Below are positions 1 through 9,406 of a stretch of DNA of 64,000 nucleotides, one piece after another. Location: the NCBI RefSeq assembly GCF_050014615.1, contig NZ_JBEKCZ010000006.1, positions 2,175 to 66,174 on the forward strand, given 5' to 3'. The position numbers and the translations under genes were made by a program. The first letter of the stretch is position 1, and each line of letters starts with the position of its first letter. Under the pieces are notes generated by a model. It had not been told where the DNA came from. It ran no database searches and was given only the letters and a program-made list of their open reading frames with translations. The stretch comes from Bradyrhizobium sp. Lineage in GTDB: Bacteria; Pseudomonadota; Alphaproteobacteria; Rhizobiales; Xanthobacteraceae.

Positions 1-504
1 GGCGCTACCTCGATTTTGGAAGGCCGTGGCGAAGGTAGGATCGATCCGGATCGCCTCATTGAAATCGGCTATGGCGCGGTCGTTGTCGCCCTTGTCGCTG
101 TAGGCGTTACCTCGATTGCTGAATGCCATGGCGAATTCGGGGTCGAGCCGGATCGCCTCATTGTAGTCGGCGATGGCGTGGTCGTTGTCGCCCCGTTCGT
201 TATAAGCGGCACCGCGATTGTTGAAGGGCATGGCCAATTTGGGATCGAGCCGGATCGCCTCATTCAAGTCGGCAATGGCGCGGTCGTTGTCGCCCTGTTC
301 GTGATAAGCGGCAGCTCGATTGCTGTAGAAAGCCGCCAGATAGCGTCCTTTCCATTTCCCCGAATTGATGCTCCGAGTACAGTCAATGATCGCAGCCTCT
401 GGGTCTTGCGGACTATCACACTGGTCAGCAGCGGCGGCTGAATAACTCAGGAATATCATGGCGGCAAAAAGCGCGCTCCAAGACCTCCAATCCGAGGGGC
501 TCAT
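1..504 (-). CDS. Secreted tetratricopeptide-repeat (TPR) protein, 3' end beyond the left edge of the window
   Basis: Not in the ORF track. Manual minus-strand translation from ATG at 504 (GGAG upstream) gives MSPSDWRSWSALFAAMIFLSYSAAAADQC..., then 34-aa repeats such as AFYSNRAAAYHEQGDNDRAIADLNEAIRLDP and FNNRGAAYNERGDNDHAIADYNEAIRLDP. The DNA has a 102-bp period. Confidence 0.9.
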   Translation of the reverse strand, partial: MSPSDWRSWSALFAAMIFLSYSAAAADQCDSPQDPEAAIIDCTRSINSGKWKGRYLAAFYSNRAAAYHEQGDNDRAIADLNEAIRLDPKLAMPFNNRGAAYNERGDNDHAIADYNEAIRLDPEFAMAFSNRGNAYSDKGDNDRAIADFNEAIRIDPTFATAFQNRGSA

Positions 505-619
505 GCAATCTCCGTCGAACTTTGGTATCCTGAGATAAGTATCGGTATTTGCTGTTCTGGTTCACATTCAACTGGACATGCACGACATTTCGCGTCGCTT
601 GGCCTCGGCGCATTCTTTC

Positions 620-830
620 CGCAATGCTGACGGGACGCGAATCCCGCCAGGCTCGACCTGATCGAAATCGTTGTTCAGTTGCTGTCGATGTCGTGGCGAC
701 AGTTTTTACGCGGAGCGTGTTCCGGGCGCGGAGCTGGTCAAGGCCTTCAATCAACTGCCGCTCAAGGTTCTCGCCAGCCCATCGCCCGACGGTCTCGGTC
801 GACGAGCCGTATTCGTCTCGAGCGACCGTT
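620..830 (+). pseudogene. Remnant of an NADPH-dependent F420 reductase-like (F420_oxidored family) gene, C-terminal half only
   Basis: Frame reads AERVPGAELVKAFNQLPLKVLASPSPDGLGRRAVFVSSD, matching the PGAxxVKAFN...GRRxxFxSxD motif. No N-terminal Rossmann GxGxxG or clean start is present. Boundaries approximate. Confidence 0.55.
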
Positions 831-846
831 TGAGCGAGCCTGCGCC

Positions 847-1950
847 TTATTCGGTGACGGCGTGAAGGATCAGCTTCTGTACCCGCCAATTGGCCGTTTC
901 GGCGGCATAGATCAAATTTTCCGACGGGCATGCGAGCGCATGGGCACCGGAGAATTCCTTCAGCGCGCGTCCGGATTTGCCGATCACACCCAGCACCTTG
1001 CCGTCGAGCGCGACCTTGAAGATGCGTCCCGGGAAGGTTGTTTCGCCGACGAACATCACCTGGTTCGGTCCCGGCGTGATGCAGATCGAATTGGGCGCAC
1101 CGATCACCTGGGTGAGGCGGTCGCCGGTCGGCGTGGCACCGTAGACGGCGCGCGTGGTCGTATCTGGCGGCACCGTGATAGCGAACATCCGCAGGAACTT
1201 GCCGTCGGTATCAAACACCTGGATGCGGTGGTTGCTGCGGTCGCCGACATAGACGTTGTCGTTGTTGTCGATGGCGATGGCGTGAGGCAAATGGAACTGG
1301 CCCGGCTCGGTGCCCGGCTCGCCCCATGACTTCACCCATTTGCCATGCATGTCGAACTTGGCGACCCGCGAATTGATGTAGCCGTCGCTGATGTAGGTGT
1401 TGCCCCTGGAGTCCCAGGCGACGTCGGTCGGCTCGCGGAACAGGCCGTCGACCGGCGGCAGCGGTGGATTGACGTGTTCCCACGGCTTGGCGTCGTCGGC
1501 GGATTCCTTGCGACGGCCGAACACCCATTGTACGCGGCCGGCCGGATTGAACTTGACGATCATGTCCGAGCCCTTGTCGATGGCCCAGATGTTGTCGTCC
1601 TTGTCGATGCGCACGCTGTGGGCGAAGGCCCAGGCGTAGAGGCCCTTGCCGATCTCGCGGACGAAATCGCCCTCGGCGGTGAATTCGAGAAGCTGCGCGG
1701 CGGTCGGCGCATAGGCCGGACCACTGGCGCTGTTCGAGCGCGTGAACACGAAGACGTGGCCCTTGGAGTTCACGGCCACGCCGGGCACCTCGCCAAAATT
1801 CATGCCGTCCGGCAGCTTCGGGAAATCCGCCACGGAATCGAAGGGGATCTGCGGAACGCTTTGCTGGGCAAGATTTTGCTGGGCAAGACCCGGCTGGACA
1901 AGACACGGCGCAGCCATCAGCATCAGGCCCGCGGTCAATAGCGCCTTCAT
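847..1950 (-). CDS. Secreted NHL-repeat beta-propeller, peptidyl-alpha-hydroxyglycine alpha-amidating lyase (PAL)-like
   Basis: Signal peptide MKALLTAGLMLMAAPC, GGAG upstream of ATG 1950. NHL motifs FAHSVRIDKDDNIW, PTDVAWDSRGNTYISDGYINSR, FHLPHAIAID, VGDRSNHRIQVF, GAHALA. Confidence 0.85.
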   Translation of the reverse strand: MKALLTAGLMLMAAPCLVQPGLAQQNLAQQSVPQIPFDSVADFPKLPDGMNFGEVPGVAVNSKGHVFVFTRSNSASGPAYAPTAAQLLEFTAEGDFVREIGKGLYAWAFAHSVRIDKDDNIWAIDKGSDMIVKFNPAGRVQWVFGRRKESADDAKPWEHVNPPLPPVDGLFREPTDVAWDSRGNTYISDGYINSRVAKFDMHGKWVKSWGEPGTEPGQFHLPHAIAIDNNDNVYVGDRSNHRIQVFDTDGKFLRMFAITVPPDTTTRAVYGATPTGDRLTQVIGAPNSICITPGPNQVMFVGETTFPGRIFKVALDGKVLGVIGKSGRALKEFSGAHALACPSENLIYAAETANWRVQKLILHAVTE

Positions 1951-2147
1951 GGAAACTCCTCCCTGTTTTCGATCGGGCACGCGGCCTGGCTTGCTACTCT
2001 ATCACAGCAGTGGGCCGCCGAAACAACAGTCGCTATGCGTCCGTTGAAGACCTTTACACCCGATACATGAGAGCCAGTTTCCCTGGCAGCCGGCGGCTGC
2101 TCCCAAGTCTGCGAGACCTGGGAGCAGCAACGCTCACGTTGCTCGGG

Positions 2148-2873
2148 TTAGTGGGCAGCCGCTTTGGTAGACGCGTTCTGCGCGGCCTTTTCGATCAGAG
2201 CCGCGACGATCTTGGGATGCGAAAGGAACACAGCGTGGCTGGACGCGATCTCAGAGATCTCCGCATGCGTGCGCTCGGCCATCTGACGTTGCTGCGGTGG
2301 CGGGATCATCTTGTCCTGGGTGGTGAGAAGATACCAGGTCGGCTTGTCCTGCCAAGCCGGATGCGAGATTTTGCCGTCGAGCGCCGCAAGTCCCAACGGA
2401 GTTTGAGAGGCGGCCATGAACTCCGCGGCTTCAGCCGGGAGGTCGGCGGCAAAGGCGGCCGGAAATTTCGCCTTGTCGAGAAGCACCGAGTCATTTTCAG
2501 GCGGCAGGATAGGCGGCGCTGCAACGCCGGGGGGTGCGGCGGCGACCAACGAACCGAGGGATTCGCCTGCCGCCGGTGCATAGGCCGCGACATAGACCAG
2601 ACCGGCGACCTTGGGATCATTGCCAGCTTCGGTGATGACAACTCCTCCATAGGAGTGCCCCACCAGAATGACGTCGCCCTTTGCATCCGCGATTGCCCGC
2701 TTGGCTGCGGAGACGTCTCCGTCGAGCGTAGCCGTGCTGTTTTGGACGATCGTAACGTCATAACCGCCCTTTTTCAGAATGTCGTAAACGGCCTTCCAAC
2801 CTGAACCATCCACGAAGGCCCCGTGGACCAGCACGACGTTATGGATAGGGTTGGCAGCTTGCAGCGTTTTCAT
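2148..2873 (-). CDS. Alpha/beta hydrolase (Abhydrolase_6-type), cytoplasmic
   Basis: VVLVHGAFVDGSGW, nucleophile GHSYGG, Asp in TQDKMIPP, His in SSHAVF. Confidence 0.9.
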   Translation of the reverse strand: MKTLQAANPIHNVVLVHGAFVDGSGWKAVYDILKKGGYDVTIVQNSTATLDGDVSAAKRAIADAKGDVILVGHSYGGVVITEAGNDPKVAGLVYVAAYAPAAGESLGSLVAAAPPGVAAPPILPPENDSVLLDKAKFPAAFAADLPAEAAEFMAASQTPLGLAALDGKISHPAWQDKPTWYLLTTQDKMIPPPQQRQMAERTHAEISEIASSHAVFLSHPKIVAALIEKAAQNASTKAAAH

Positions 2874-2995
2874 GGGATTGTCCTTTGCTCATGATGTCCA
2901 GTGCCGGGGGGCGACCGCGGCTTGAGGTCAAGCCGAAGCCCCCTCCCTCGATCCGATGCCGACTGGGGCGTATCAATCGTGGTGGGAGGGAAGGG

Positions 2996-3754
2996 CTACT
3001 GGGCCGACGCCTTTGCCGCCCGTTCGATCAAGCGAGCCACGTCATCCGGTTTGGAGATATACACCGCGTGGCTGCCCGGAACTTCGATGGTTTCGCTGCC
3101 GGCCCGCTTGGCCATGCTGCGCTCGAGATCGGGATTGATGTTGTGGTCGCGGGTCGCGACCAGCGCCCAGCTCTTCTTCTGGTGCCAGGCGGCGGCCGTC
3201 ACCGGCGCGCCGCCGGCGGCCTTGGCCAGCATCATCTGGGAATGGGCCATGAAGTTCGCCTCGGGTTTCGCGACGTCGGCGGCGAAGTCGGCGGGGAAGG
3301 CTGATGGCTCGAGGTACAGGAAATCGTCCTTGGTGGCGCGCATGTCGTTGTTGGCGGCGGGGGCCGACGAGAGCAGGCTGACCGCACTCTCGCCCTGGTC
3401 GGGGATGAAAGCGGCGATGTAGACGAGGCCGACGACATTCGGCGCATTGCCCGCTTCGGTGATGACCACCCCGCCATAGCTGTGGCCGACCAGAACGGTC
3501 GGACCCTGTTGCAGATCCAGCACGCGTTTGGTCGCCGCGACGTCGTCGGCAAGCGAGGTCAGCGGCTCCTGCACCACGCTGACCGTATAGCCGTCCTTGC
3601 CAAGAATGTCGGCGACGCGCTGCCAGCCGGAACCATCGGCGAAGGCGCCGTGCACGAGGACGACGTTCTTGACCGGCTCGGCCCGCGCCGGGGCGACGGC
3701 AGCCGACAGAAGTGCGACCGCCGCGGCCGCGGCGGCAATGGATTTATTTGGCAT
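2996..3754 (-). CDS. Alpha/beta hydrolase (Abhydrolase_6-type) with signal peptide
   Basis: MPNKSIAAAAAAVALLSAAVAPARA signal, VVLVHGAFADGSGW, GHSYGG, TRDHNI, GSHAVY. Paralog of 2148..2873. Confidence 0.9.
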   Translation of the reverse strand: MPNKSIAAAAAAVALLSAAVAPARAEPVKNVVLVHGAFADGSGWQRVADILGKDGYTVSVVQEPLTSLADDVAATKRVLDLQQGPTVLVGHSYGGVVITEAGNAPNVVGLVYIAAFIPDQGESAVSLLSSAPAANNDMRATKDDFLYLEPSAFPADFAADVAKPEANFMAHSQMMLAKAAGGAPVTAAAWHQKKSWALVATRDHNINPDLERSMAKRAGSETIEVPGSHAVYISKPDDVARLIERAAKASAQ

Positions 3755-3789
3755 CGCGCTCTCCTTCATTGTCATACCATTGTCATAGT

Positions 3790-3811
3790 TATTCAACCTG
3801 TAGGTTGAATA
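3790..3811. promoter_or_regulatory. Palindromic operator, probably bound by the adjacent ArsR-family repressor
   Basis: TATTCAACCT-GT-AGGTTGAATA has perfect 10-bp arms and lies between divergent genes. A weaker copy TCAACC-GTTG-GGTAGA is at 3833..3848. Confidence 0.7.
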
Positions 3812-3821
3812 AAGCGTCGAC

Positions 3822-3850
3822 TTGAAAAATTGTCAACCGTTGGGTAGAAT
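3822..3850 (+). promoter_or_regulatory. Sigma70-type promoter of the arsR-SRPBCC operon
   Basis: TTGAAA (3822-3827), 17 bp spacer, TAGAAT (3845-3850). ATG follows 7 nt later. Confidence 0.6.
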
Positions 3851-3857
3851 ATTTTGA

Positions 3858-4256
3858 ATGGTTGAGATCGAAGCCCGCAAGCAAGCCGCTGCGCGCACCG
3901 CGCGCCTCGACGCGGTATTCGCCGCGTTAGCCGATCCGACGCGGCGGGCGATCATCGAACGGCTCTCACGCAGCGAAGCGCGCGTGACCGAGCTCGCCGA
4001 ACCCTTCCCTATGTCTTTGAACGCGGTGTCGAAACATATCCGCGTGCTGGAAGCGAGCGGCGTGGTCGAGCGACGCAGGCAAGGGCGCGACCACATTCTC
4101 TCCATCAATGCCCATTCGCTGGACGAGGTCGACGGCTGGATCGAGCGGACGCGCCACTATTGGGAGAAGCGGCTGGACGCCATGGAGATCCTGCTGCGCG
4201 AGCTCAAGAAGGACCACAAATCGGGGCCAAAGGATCGCAAGCATGGATCGCGGTGA
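3858..4256 (+). CDS. ArsR/SmtB family transcriptional regulator
   Basis: VFAALADPTRRAII...LAEPFPMSLNAVSKHIRVLEASGVV winged HTH. No Cys metal ligands. Confidence 0.92.
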   Translation: MVEIEARKQAAARTARLDAVFAALADPTRRAIIERLSRSEARVTELAEPFPMSLNAVSKHIRVLEASGVVERRRQGRDHILSINAHSLDEVDGWIERTRHYWEKRLDAMEILLRELKKDHKSGPKDRKHGSR

Positions 4257-4692
4257 CACCACGGGCCCGATCGTGCAGGTACGCCGGCGCGTGAAGGCCG
4301 GGGCGGAGCAGATCTTCGACCTGTGGACCAAACCCGATTTGATGGTTCGGTGGATGAGCCCCTTTCCGGGCACGGTCGATTGCAAGGCGAGCTGTGACCT
4401 GCGTCCTGGCGGAGCCTTCAGCCTTGTGATGTCATCGGAGCAGGCAAGCCGCGAAGTATCCGGCACCTATGTGCAAATCGACCGGCCGCGCAAGCTTGTG
4501 TTCACGTGGATGGGCCCGCTGACCAACAATGTGAATACGCTGGTCACCGTCGAACTCAATCCGCGCGGCGATGAAACCGACCTCGTGGTAACCCACGAGC
4601 GTCTGCCGACCCAGGCCATTCATGAAGGTCATACCAAGGGCTGGGGAAATATCCTGGACCATCTGGCGGACGCGGTTTCAAAAGACGCCTAG
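4243..4692 (+). CDS. SRPBCC/AHSA1 (START-like) domain protein
   Basis: IFDLWTKPDLMVRW, DLRPGGAF, GTYVQIDRPRKLVFTW, GHTKGWGNILDHL. Start overlaps the arsR 3' end. Confidence 0.88.
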   Translation: MDRGDTTGPIVQVRRRVKAGAEQIFDLWTKPDLMVRWMSPFPGTVDCKASCDLRPGGAFSLVMSSEQASREVSGTYVQIDRPRKLVFTWMGPLTNNVNTLVTVELNPRGDETDLVVTHERLPTQAIHEGHTKGWGNILDHLADAVSKDA

Positions 4693-4743
4693 GTCGAAAT
4701 TTCACATTCACCCGCGATGGCCTGCGTTGATCCGACGGGCGGC

Positions 4744-5967
4744 TCATTCGGCGGCGGCGACCGTTGGTTTTTTCGCGTCCGTGCCGGCGAGACGGACAAC
4801 AGCGCCCGCCTCTATGGATTCTTGCGGGTTGTCGATCAGTCTATCGGTCAAGGACAGGCCGGATTGAATCTCGACGTAGTTGCCGAGATCGCGGCCCAGT
4901 CGCACGGGTTTCAGGACGACCTTGTTGTTGGCGTCGATCGCGGCCACGCGCATTCCATTTGTGCCGAAAATCAGCGCGGTGGACGGAATGCGCAACGTGT
5001 TGGGGTCGGAGGGAATGTGGAACTGTACTTCCGTGAAGGCGCCGGGCCACAGCTTCCCGTCCGGATTGTCTGCCTGCAGCTCGATCAGCGCGGTGCGGGA
5101 ATTTTCCTCCAGCGCATTTGAGGTCGACGACAGCTCCGCCTCGAAAGTCTCCTGCTGGCCGGGCAGGTGAAGCGTCGCCTTGACGCCAGGCTTGAGGTCG
5201 CCAAGGAACGCTTGCGGGACATTCACAAAAATGCGCATGCGATGGATGTCGGCGAGCTGGTAAAGGGCCCTGCCCGACGTACCGCCGGCGTTGAGCAGAT
5301 CGCCGATGTTGACGTTGCGCACTGTGACGACGCCGTCGAAGGGCGCCTTGATCTGTTCGAAGCCGGTCAGCTCCTGGAGCCTGTTCACCTCAGCCTCCTG
5401 GGCCGTCACATTGGCCTTGGCGACCGCCAACGCCGCGGTTCGCGAGGCCGCCGTCAAGCGATCAGTGTCGCCCTGTTCCAGGGTCGACCACCCCAGAGCG
5501 ACGAGCCGCGCCGTCCGCCCGTTGGTCACCTGGCCGAGATCGGCGGTCGCCTGCGCCTGTTCGACAGCGGCCTGCAATTGAACGAACTGCGCCTTTGCCT
5601 GTTGAAGCTGCTGGTCGAGATCGGGCGCGGATATCGTGAGAAGCACGTCGCCCTTCTTCACATGCGCGCCAATATCGCTATGCCAGGCAGTCACGTAGCC
5701 GCTGGCGCGGGCGAACAGCGAACTGATATTGAAGGCGGCGACGTTTCCCGGCAGCAGCAACGGATGTTCTGAAGGACCGGGTTCAGCCTGAACGAGACGC
5801 ACGGTCGGAATCGCTTGCTCGTCAGTCCAGGCTTTGACCTCCTGCTTGCTCCTGGCGCGATCGAGGATACCGAACGCGGCCAGGGCGATCGCGCAAACCG
5901 CAACGAAGCCCAGCAAAAACAGGATCCGGCGTGGCTTGCCGGGGCGGGCGGACGGTTCGGAAGACAT
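4744..5967 (-). CDS. RND efflux periplasmic adaptor (membrane fusion protein)
   Basis: N-terminal TM helix, ARASGYV and APFDGVV lipoyl half-motifs, coiled hairpin, IPSTAL, PVRLGRDLG. Confidence 0.9.
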   Translation of the reverse strand: MSSEPSARPGKPRRILFLLGFVAVCAIALAAFGILDRARSKQEVKAWTDEQAIPTVRLVQAEPGPSEHPLLLPGNVAAFNISSLFARASGYVTAWHSDIGAHVKKGDVLLTISAPDLDQQLQQAKAQFVQLQAAVEQAQATADLGQVTNGRTARLVALGWSTLEQGDTDRLTAASRTAALAVAKANVTAQEAEVNRLQELTGFEQIKAPFDGVVTVRNVNIGDLLNAGGTSGRALYQLADIHRMRIFVNVPQAFLGDLKPGVKATLHLPGQQETFEAELSSTSNALEENSRTALIELQADNPDGKLWPGAFTEVQFHIPSDPNTLRIPSTALIFGTNGMRVAAIDANNKVVLKPVRLGRDLGNYVEIQSGLSLTDRLIDNPQESIEAGAVVRLAGTDAKKPTVAAAE

Positions 5968-5979
5968 GAGAGCTCCAGG

Positions 5980-8900
5980 TTAGGCGTGGGAAGGCGGATT
6001 GGCCGCCTCGGCGGGACGTGGTTGGCGTGCATGGGCGATACTGAACAACACCGGCACGAACACCAGCGTCGCGAAAGTAGCAAAAAGCAGGCCACCGATG
6101 ACGGCGCGGCCGAGAGGCGCGTTCTGTCCGGGTTCGATCGCCATCGGCGCCATGCCGATGATCATGGCCAACGCCGTCATGATCACGGGCCTGAATCGCG
6201 TGCCGCCCGCCTCCATCGCGGCGGTCAGCGCGTCTTTGCCTTCCGAGAGCCGCTCGCGTGCGAAACTGACGACCAGAATGCTGTTGGCCGTGGCGACGCC
6301 CATGCACATGATCGCGCCGGTGAGAGCGGGCACGGACAGGGTCGTAAAGGTGAGGAACAGCATCCAGACGATGCCGGCCAGATCAGCAGATAGATCAGGG
6401 TGATCGACATCGCCAAACCGATAAACAACTGCCTGTATGCATCCGTCATGGTGCTTGCCTGACCCCGAATCGCAACGGTCGAACCTTTCGGCAGGTCCGC
6501 GCGGGAATCCTCGACGATTTTCTGCACATCGGCGGCGACGCTGCCAAGATCCTGGCCCTGCGTTGTCGCATAGATGTTGACGACAGGCCTGATATCGTAG
6601 CGTGAAACGACCGCGTCGACCGGCTCGGGCGAGAACGTTGCGAGGCCTCCCAGCAATTGGGTGGACTGGGCGGCGGACAATGGCAGGTTTTTGAGTTCTC
6701 CAAGCGTATCGATTTTATATTGCGGCGTTTGGACGGAAACCGGATAGGACACGCCATTTGCCGGATTGAGCCAGTAGGTCGGCGCCGTCTGCGTACTGCC
6801 CGACAGCGTCGCCTGAATGCTTGTAGCGGCATCGCCTTCCGTCAACCCGACGACGCCGGCGAGTTCGCGGTTGAAGTCGACTTTCAGCGCGGGGCTCTGG
6901 AATTGCTCCTGAATGCGGGAATCCGCCACGCCCGGGACGAAGCGGATCTTCGCAAGCAGCTTGTTCGCGAAGGCGCGGCTGGCATTGAGGTTGGCGCCGG
7001 CGATCTGAACATCGAGGGGCGCCGGCGAGCCGAAATTGAGGATCTGGGTGACGATATCCGCCGGGAGGAATGAGAACGTTGTGCCGGGAAAAGCCGCCGG
7101 CAGCTTCTCGCGCAGGGTCTTCACATAGGAATCTGTGGCGGTCTCCCCTTCGTTCAAGCTGACCGATATGTCGGCATCGAAGACGCCGATCGTGCCGGAA
7201 CTTCCATATGAAATATTGATGCCGCTGTTCGGCAGACCAATATTGTCGACGATGCTCGCTATCCGATCGGGCGGTATCAGCGCGCGGATTTTCTGTTCGA
7301 CCTGATCGGTCAAGCGCGTCGTTTCCTCGATTCTCGTTCCGGTTGGTGCGCGCATGTGAATTCTGATCGCGCCGGCATCGATCGAGGGGAAGAAATCCTG
7401 TCCAAGGAACGGAGCGAGGCCGAGGGATGCCAAGGCCACGCAGAGGAAGCCGCCGGCGAACCAGAAACGATACTGCAGCGCCAATTCCAGCAACCCCAGA
7501 TAGCCTTGCCGCAATCGTTCGAAATAATGTTCGAACCCGTGTTGGAAGCGGGCGAAAAAGCCTTTCGGCGGCGGTCCGGCATCTTCCGAACGCGTCGAAC
7601 CATGGTGCTGGTTGCGCAGCAGAAAATGCGCCATTGTCGGCACCAGCGTATAGGTCAAAATGTAAGAGGCGATCATCGCGAAGACGACCGCCATCGCCAA
7701 CGGTCGGAACAGGTAACCGGCGACCCCGCCAAGCGAAAGCAACGGTACGAAAGCGATGCAGATGCAAAACAGCGCTATCGTCGCCGGAGCCATGATTTCC
7801 TGCGCGCCGTGAGTGATGGCCGTCAGGATGTCTTCGCCCTGCTCCTCCATGTGCCGATTGATGTTTTCGATGGTGACCGTCGCATCGTCGACCAGAATAC
7901 CGACCGCGAGCGCTAGACCACCGAGCGTCATTACATTGATCGTCTGGCCAAGCACCGAAAGCGCGATCAGCGAGCTAAGCACCGCCAGCGGTATCGAAAC
8001 GGTAATGATGAAGGTCGAGCGCCAACTGCCGAGAAAGACCAGGATCATGAAGCCGGTCAGCGCGGCCGCAATAACTCCTTCGCGAACGACCGCCGCGACG
8101 GAGGATCTGACGAAGCCCGACTGATCGGCGACATATTTGAGATCGACCCCGTCCGGAAGGGTAGCCTGAATGGCCGGCAAGCGCGCTTTTACGCTGGCAA
8201 TGATGTCGAGGGTCGAGGCGGAACCGATCTTCAGCACCGACATCAGCACGCCCTTGCGGCCATCCGACCGCACGACATTGGTCTGCGGCGGCGAACCATT
8301 GTGGACATGAGCGACGTCGCGGATGAAGACCACCACGCCGTTGACCACTTTAATCGGCAGATTATCGAAATCTTCAATGGCTTTCGGAGAATCGTTGAGG
8401 TCGATGATGTATTCGTAGGAACCGATCTTTTCGGTGCCGACCGGAGTGATCAGGTTCTGCCGGGCGAGGGCGTTGCCGACGTCGGTCGCCGAGAGGCTGT
8501 GGGCGCGCAGGGCATTTTGGTCGAGGTCGATCTGCACCTGCCGGGGGGCGCCGCCATAGGCGTTTGGCAACTGGACGCCTGCGATCGTCGCAAGCGCGGG
8601 CCTGATGAAATTCGTGGCGAGATCGTTGAGCGCCGTCTGGGAGAGGGTGTCGCTCGACAACGCCAGTTGGATGATCGGAACGCTTGAAGCGTCGTAAACC
8701 AGCAGGAACGGCGGGGTGATGCCGGAAGGAAGTTGCTTCAAGACGGTTTGAGATATCGATGTGACCTGTGCCTGGGCGGCGCTGATGTTCACAGTCGGCT
8801 GGAAGAAGACTTTAACGACGCCGTAGCCGGGAAGCGACTGCGACTCGATATGCTCGATGTCATTGACGGTCGTCGATAGCGAGCGTTCGTAGATCGCGAC

Positions 8901-9092
8901 GATGCGGTTCGCCATATCGTCCGGCGGCAAGCCGGTATAGCTCCATATGACGGAGATGACCGGGATGTTGATATTCGGAAAAATATCGGTCGGCGTGCCA
9001 AACATCGAGCGCACGCCAAAAATTGCGATCAGGATCGCCATGACGACGAAGGTGTAAGGACGCGCAAGAGCTAACCGAACAATAGCACTCAT
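5980..9092 (-). pseudogene. RND efflux permease (AcrB/NolG-like), frameshifted by an internal deletion near 6380
   Basis: MSAIVRLALARPYTFVVMAILI start, GILVDDA TM4 motif. The frame leaves homology after IYLLI. The C-terminus (AGIVWMLFLTF...GVATANSILVVSFA...RFRPVIMTALAM) continues in another frame to the stop at 5980. Confidence 0.8.
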
Positions 9093-9406
9093 GAGGCAGA
9101 GCCCTGAATTTGAAGGTCGCACCGTTTAACGCTAACGACGATACGTCGAAGCGCCCCGCCTGGCGCGGCCGCCGCGGCGGGCGGATCAGCACGAAACGGC
9201 CCTGAATCATCAGGCCCAACCCGCTTCCACCATACCCGGCTGCCAAACAAGGCCCAAACGCAGGTGCGTAATCGTTGAATTGGACTGATGGAACCCTGCT
9301 CCGCAATGGTCGAACGGCGCAGCGATGATAGCGCGCATAGGGCGCCTGCGGACATTAAACAATCGGTAACGTCGAGCGAATCTTCAACGTCGCACAAGGC
9401 GCCGTT

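Noticed and set aside
1-330. Regular 102-bp repeats as a CRISPR or DNA repeat array
   Set aside because: The period equals 34 codons and translates to TPR motifs, with variation mostly at the codon level.
16-441. Plus-strand 141-aa ORF
   Set aside because: Antisense shadow of the TPR gene. The same applies to most long overlapping ORFs in the track, which are expected in high-GC DNA.
9340-9375. Nod-box upstream of the NolG-like RND gene (AAACAATCG)
   Set aside because: Only a short part matches. The repeated ATC-N9-GAT units of a nod box are absent.
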